From Promethearchaeati archaeon (GTDB taxonomy: Archaea; Asgardarchaeota; Heimdallarchaeia; JABLTI01), in NCBI GenBank assembly GCA_013166835.1, contig JABLTI010000140.1:1-11987 (forward strand): DNA of 11,987 bases, written 5' to 3'. Below the pieces are notes generated by a model. The model worked only from the letters and a program-made list of their open reading frames with translations, did no database searches and had not been told where the DNA came from. A program made the position numbers and the translations under genes. Positions 7,746 to 11,987 of the stretch are shown piece after piece; position 1 is the first letter of the stretch, and the number at the start of each line of letters is the position of its first letter.

Positions 7746-8710
7746 TTTGTGGGATCCTCCATGACGTATTTTAAGTAGACTTGCTCAAGAGATGGCTTGA
7801 GATAATTGAAATTGCGAAGAATTATTTCGTTTGTAACGAAAAACTCCAGGAGTTGCTTTAGATTGTTGTTCAATTCAGTTTCAGGTGCGAAAAGAATAGT
7901 TAGCTGATCAAGATTATTTAGTGGAGATGTAACTTCTGCAACAAAAGGCAAGGAAAGAATTAAATCAGTTTTCTCAACTAAATTATCACCAATAGCTATC
8001 ACAGCTTCTCCCCCAACTAATTCTTTCTGTAAATCTAGAGGGTGACCAATTTTTACGACAATACCGTTATTAATGATTCCAATAGTGGTAGCGATTCCTT
8101 CAACATCCTCTAAAATATGGGAGGAAAAAATAATCGTAACATTTGTTTGGGCGAGTTGTTTGATAGTATTCTTCATCTGCCAGCGACTAGTAGGATCCAA
8201 ACCACTCATTGGTTCATCTAGAACAAGAATAGAAGGATTGTGAAGCAAGGATTGAGCAAGCTTGAGTTTTTGTTGCATACCTCCGGAGAGATGTTTGATT
8301 TTGCGTTTACGAGCATCTGACAAACCTACCAATTCTAATACTTCGGGGATTCGTAGACTTAATTCGTCTTTTGACATACCAGATAATCGACCAAAAGTAA
8401 CAAGTGCATGATCAACAGTTCGCCATTCTTGAAAACCGACATCTTGAGGTAAATAACCAATTTCTTTACTAAAATTAGGTTGCTCCTTAATGAATTCGTT
8501 ATTAATTTTCACTTCACCAGTGTAATCACTAATGAGACCAACAAGAATCTTTAGAGTGGTTGTTTTCCCAGCGCCATTGGGACCAATATATCCGAAAATA
8601 TCTCCTTGTTTAATGCTAAAGGAAGCTTCTCGTAAAGCTTGAACATCTCTATAATTCTTGCTGACATTTGAGAATTCTATGATTGGTTTACTCTTTTCTA
8701 AAGACAACAA
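7742..8710 (-). CDS. ABC-2 (DrrA/CcmA-like multidrug) transporter ATP-binding protein
   Basis: GPNGAGKTT, GYLPQ, LSGGMQQK, LVLDEPMSGLDP, SSHIL and C-terminal PSLEQVYL. TTG start with GAGGT at 8718-8722 on the minus strand. Confidence 0.93.
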   Translation of the reverse strand: MLSLEKSKPIIEFSNVSKNYRDVQALREASFSIKQGDIFGYIGPNGAGKTTTLKILVGLISDYTGEVKINNEFIKEQPNFSKEIGYLPQDVGFQEWRTVDHALVTFGRLSGMSKDELSLRIPEVLELVGLSDARKRKIKHLSGGMQQKLKLAQSLLHNPSILVLDEPMSGLDPTSRWQMKNTIKQLAQTNVTIIFSSHILEDVEGIATTIGIINNGIVVKIGHPLDLQKELVGGEAVIAIGDNLVEKTDLILSLPFVAEVTSPLNNLDQLTILFAPETELNNNLKQLLEFFVTNEIILRNFNYLKPSLEQVYLKYVMEDPTK

Positions 8711-8750
8711 ATATTAAACCTCAATTAATGCTTGATGTGATTAGGGATTC

Positions 8751-10925
8751 TTACTTTTTGAATTTCCGTATCAATAGATAAACACCTGCACCTATTAAAG
8801 ATAGAGTAATACTTGGAAAAATAGTGCTATAATAAATAATTCTTCTGATTCTAGGATTACTATTTGGATTAAGAGGATCAGTTCCAGCTAAAATTTCTTC
8901 AAAATCCGAATAATCATCATCATCTGTATCCTTTTCAAAAGGATCAGTATTATAGACATTTATTTCCTCTCCATCGAATAAACCATCTTGATCGTTATCT
9001 AAAACTACGATCTCTAGATTATCATATCTGTCAGCAATATACGCATAACCATCTTTGAAAAAGACACCTTGAGCTTCTTCGCCATCATAGAATAAACCTA
9101 TTCTTTTTGGTGCCGTTTTATCTTGAATATTAATAAGCTCGAGTCCTGTTTCTTTGCTAGCAAGAATAGCATAATTATGTTCTACAAAAACATCCCAAGA
9201 ATCCGTTGGTGTTTCATTGTATTGACCTATCTTAGTAGGAGAAGTTACGTCTTTAATAGAAATAATTTCTAAACCATCAGAAAAATCAGTAATAAATGCA
9301 AATTTATCTGAAACAAAGATGCTTCTAGCTAAGCCTGCATCATTAAATTGTCCAATTTCTTGAGGGTTTGTAATGTCACTGATATCTATTATCTCTAATC
9401 CCTCAAATCCATCGGCCACATAAATCAAATCTTCTTTAACAACAAGACCATAAGCTTCTCCTCCATCCCTAAGTTCAGCTAGTAATTCGGGATTTTCTTT
9501 ATCTGAAATATCAAATATCAATAATCCTTCTGACCCAGCAGCCAAGAAAGCATAATTATTTCGAACAAAAATATCTCGAGTTTTTCCTGCCAAAGGATAG
9601 TGACTAATTTTTACTGGATTATCTTTAGAGCTGATATTGATGATTTCCAAACCATCGTATTGATCTCCAACAAAAGCAAAATTTCCTTCTACAAAAACTG
9701 AGAGTGCTACTCCACCATCGTCAAATTCACCTATTTTTTGAGGGTTAGCTAAATCAGATGTATCTATTATTTCTAATCCATCTAAACCATCAGCAACAAA
9801 GGTATAATCACCAACAACTTGAAGGTTAAATGAATCTCCACCGTTGTTAAATTCAAAAATTTCAGTAGGGGAGGTTGGATCACTAATATTAATAACTTCT
9901 ATGCCATCAAACCAATCAGCAACAAAGACTAAATCACCTAACAAGCAAACATCTGCAGCAAATGCCCCATCATAGTATTGCCCAATTTTATGTGGATTAG
10001 ATCTATCACTTACATTTAGAATTTCTAATCCATTAGTACCATCACCAATATAGCAAAGATCTCCATCAACTTTTAATCCCCAACCACCACCGCCATCGTC
10101 AAAAGTACCCTTAAAAACAGGAGCTTCTAAATTGCTTATATCAAGTATTTCAAATCCCTTGTATATGTTTGCAAGGTAGGCATAATTTCCCTGCACTGCA
10201 ATATCAGTTGTATCTCCACCACCCCAATAGGCACTTATTCTAGTTGGATTAGATTTGTCAGTTACATTCAGGATTTCTATGCCAGTTTTTAAGCAAGAGA
10301 GAAAGCAGACATCATTTTCAACGTAGACTTTCATGTGCCATCCTCCTTCAAAATACTCACTCATTTTGACAGGATTTGCTATGTTAGTTATATCGTAGAT
10401 TTTGAAACCATCAAACTCCTCTGCAACATAAGCATAATTATCTACAACGCAAACACCTCGAGCAGATCCTCCATCGAAAATACCTCCTATTTCTATAGGA
10501 TTTGTTTTATCAGTTACATCATATATTTCCAAACCATCTTCCCCATCCGCTAAAAAAGCATAATTATCTCTTACAAATACTTCAAATGCTGTTCCGCCAT
10601 CACAAGTATGGCTTAGTAAAACTGGTGAAGTTGGTATAGTTATATCAAAAATGAACAATCCCCCAAATCCATTGGCTACATATAGATAGTTACCATCAAT
10701 AGTTGAGCTCCAACAAAAACCATAATTATCATCATACTGACCAAATTCTGTATAATTATGACAATAATTCTGAGGTGAAAAAGAAGAGGAGTAATGTTGA
10801 TTAAATTCTCGAATTACCGATTTGTTAGAAAAATCCTCTTGTATAATCTTACTTTTCACATTTACAAATAGGAGACAACTAAATAGAAGAATACTGACTA
10901 GTGATAATTGTGTTATTTTCCTCAT
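8751..10925 (-). CDS. Secreted, C-terminally membrane-anchored LVIVD-repeat (beta-propeller) protein with an Asp-rich calcium-binding-type tail
   Basis: Signal-peptide-like MRKITQLSLVSILLFSCLLFVNVKS from ATG 10925 (ORF track starts at 10973). Then 14 repeats of about 42 aa (V.G.YAYVAD..DGLEIIDISDPxxP), a DNDQDGLFDGEE...TDP...DTDDDDYSDFEE..GTDPL segment, a TM helix and an RKFKK tail. Confidence 0.9.
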   Translation of the reverse strand: MRKITQLSLVSILLFSCLLFVNVKSKIIQEDFSNKSVIREFNQHYSSSFSPQNYCHNYTEFGQYDDNYGFCWSSTIDGNYLYVANGFGGLFIFDITIPTSPVLLSHTCDGGTAFEVFVRDNYAFLADGEDGLEIYDVTDKTNPIEIGGIFDGGSARGVCVVDNYAYVAEEFDGFKIYDITNIANPVKMSEYFEGGWHMKVYVENDVCFLSCLKTGIEILNVTDKSNPTRISAYWGGGDTTDIAVQGNYAYLANIYKGFEILDISNLEAPVFKGTFDDGGGGWGLKVDGDLCYIGDGTNGLEILNVSDRSNPHKIGQYYDGAFAADVCLLGDLVFVADWFDGIEVINISDPTSPTEIFEFNNGGDSFNLQVVGDYTFVADGLDGLEIIDTSDLANPQKIGEFDDGGVALSVFVEGNFAFVGDQYDGLEIINISSKDNPVKISHYPLAGKTRDIFVRNNYAFLAAGSEGLLIFDISDKENPELLAELRDGGEAYGLVVKEDLIYVADGFEGLEIIDISDITNPQEIGQFNDAGLARSIFVSDKFAFITDFSDGLEIISIKDVTSPTKIGQYNETPTDSWDVFVEHNYAILASKETGLELINIQDKTAPKRIGLFYDGEEAQGVFFKDGYAYIADRYDNLEIVVLDNDQDGLFDGEEINVYNTDPFEKDTDDDDYSDFEEILAGTDPLNPNSNPRIRRIIYYSTIFPSITLSLIGAGVYLLIRKFKK
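9000..10757 (-). repeat. 14 degenerate tandem LVIVD repeats (about 126 nt / 42 aa period) within the CDS
   Basis: Counted by eye from the translation using recurring GLEI(I/L)(D/N)(I/V)(S/T)D..(N/S)P anchors. The repeats are divergent at DNA level. Confidence 0.85.
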
Positions 10926-10991
10926 GAATCTACTTTTCTTATCTTGATATCTCTTACCAATAAATAACTCCAAGTAATTTCCCTCTTGATA

Positions 10992-11882
10992 TCAGACAAA
11001 TAGAAAAATCGTTTTTTTCCTTATTAATATTCTATTTACACTTGATTTCTTTTGATATAGAAATACGACATCTTTGCCTTTGAATTCAAATCCAACTTTT
11101 TCCGCTGTTTTCACAGAACCAATATTAGTTTCCCAGCAATGCCAATGAATGATACAATTATTCCTAAGGCATTTTTCAATAACAGCGGAAGCAACCAGTG
11201 ATGCGTACCCTTTCTTTTTGAATCCCTCAAAAGTTTCGATGTATATCTCACAATTATTATCGATAACATAATCTGTCGTGCACCAAGAAGCTATAGAATC
11301 ATTATCTACAAGACAGAAGCCCATGCCATCTTTTAAGTAACGTTCAGCAGACTGCCAAACAGCCGAAATACAATAATCGACTGTTCCAAAATTCACAAGA
11401 TGATCCTTTTCAAGAAAATCTTTCGTTACCTGTATCATCTCAAGATTAGGAGGAAGATTATTGCACCAATTCTTGATATGATGGAAATTATCTGGATTAT
11501 AGACGTAGTGATTAATTAATCGCTTATCTAATTCTGATTTACCTAAGATTTTTGGCAATTGCTTTTCCCAGTCAGTTGAACTTGAAATGAAATAAAATAG
11601 GTCAATCTTCTTTTCGAGGAAAATGGGAGCAATGACATCTTTAATGAGTCGTTTGAAGCCATTATTGAAAATTTGATTTCCAGCATCACCTGCAAGAAAG
11701 ATGAAAGTATTGGTTAAATCCCAAATCACAGCACTTTTGGGTTCTGATGTATCATCAACCCAAATTCTTCCTCGACCAAAACCTTTCAGATAAGCTGGAA
11801 TGTTTATGTAATGCATTAGATTCTGAACTAATGGTTTAATGGAAATGAAATCTTTCTTAACCAGTTCAATTAATTCAGACAT
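10992..11882 (-). CDS. GNAT family acetyltransferase (GNAT_acetyltran/YdfB-like, about 300 aa)
   Basis: C-terminal G.GFCLVD...ASWC, IETFEGFKKKGYA (acetyl-CoA loop) and W.CWETNIGSVKTAEKVGF. N-terminal GRIWVDD..PKSA, FLAGD. AGGTG RBS-like motif shortly upstream of ATG 11882. Confidence 0.88.
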   Translation of the reverse strand: MSELIELVKKDFISIKPLVQNLMHYINIPAYLKGFGRGRIWVDDTSEPKSAVIWDLTNTFIFLAGDAGNQIFNNGFKRLIKDVIAPIFLEKKIDLFYFISSSTDWEKQLPKILGKSELDKRLINHYVYNPDNFHHIKNWCNNLPPNLEMIQVTKDFLEKDHLVNFGTVDYCISAVWQSAERYLKDGMGFCLVDNDSIASWCTTDYVIDNNCEIYIETFEGFKKKGYASLVASAVIEKCLRNNCIIHWHCWETNIGSVKTAEKVGFEFKGKDVVFLYQKKSSVNRILIRKKTIFLFV

Positions 11883-11987
11883 TAACTACACCTATTGGAG
11901 GATGTAAGATTACAAATTAGAAATATTTCTTTTCAATTCTATAGCATTTTTTAAGTTCTAAAAGATTATCATAATTTATGGATGTGT

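Noticed and set aside
10335-10553. 72-aa plus-strand ORF
   Set aside because: Antisense to the LVIDV-type repeat gene (8751-10925), with no independent support.
9000-10757. About 126-nt periodicity as a CRISPR array or DGR template/variable repeat
   Set aside because: The repeats are degenerate, in frame and protein-coding. There are no identical direct repeats with spacers, no adenine-specific repeat pair seen, and no cas or reverse transcriptase gene in the window.

Overview
AT-rich, gene-dense prokaryotic window with 11 protein-coding genes. I found no RNA gene, CRISPR array or mobile element. GGTG/GAGGT-type ribosome-binding motifs, an LVIVD-repeat surface protein with an Asp-rich tail and a GPP34 gene suggest an archaeon, possibly Asgard/Heimdallarchaeia (inference only). 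On the + strand: a partial CDP-alcohol phosphatidyltransferase, an alpha/beta hydrolase, a LolD/MacB-type ABC ATPase with its FtsX-type permease, a ChrB-C/ChrF-like protein and a GPP34 (GOLPH3/Vps74) protein. On the - strand: two GNAT acetyltransferases, an ABC-2 ATPase/permease pair and a membrane-anchored 14-repeat LVIVD protein. The most unusual signal is a cluster of apparent short internal deletions in the first 4.9 kb. Three genes each lack one conserved segment (hydrolase catalytic-His region, the helix after the ATPase Walker A, and the ChrB 'DRxACPWLI' motif) while the flanking sequence looks intact, and a possible fourth remnant lies at 665-729. These could be collapsed assembly gaps or real deletions, and the sequence alone cannot decide. 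I cannot support a complete new biological system here.
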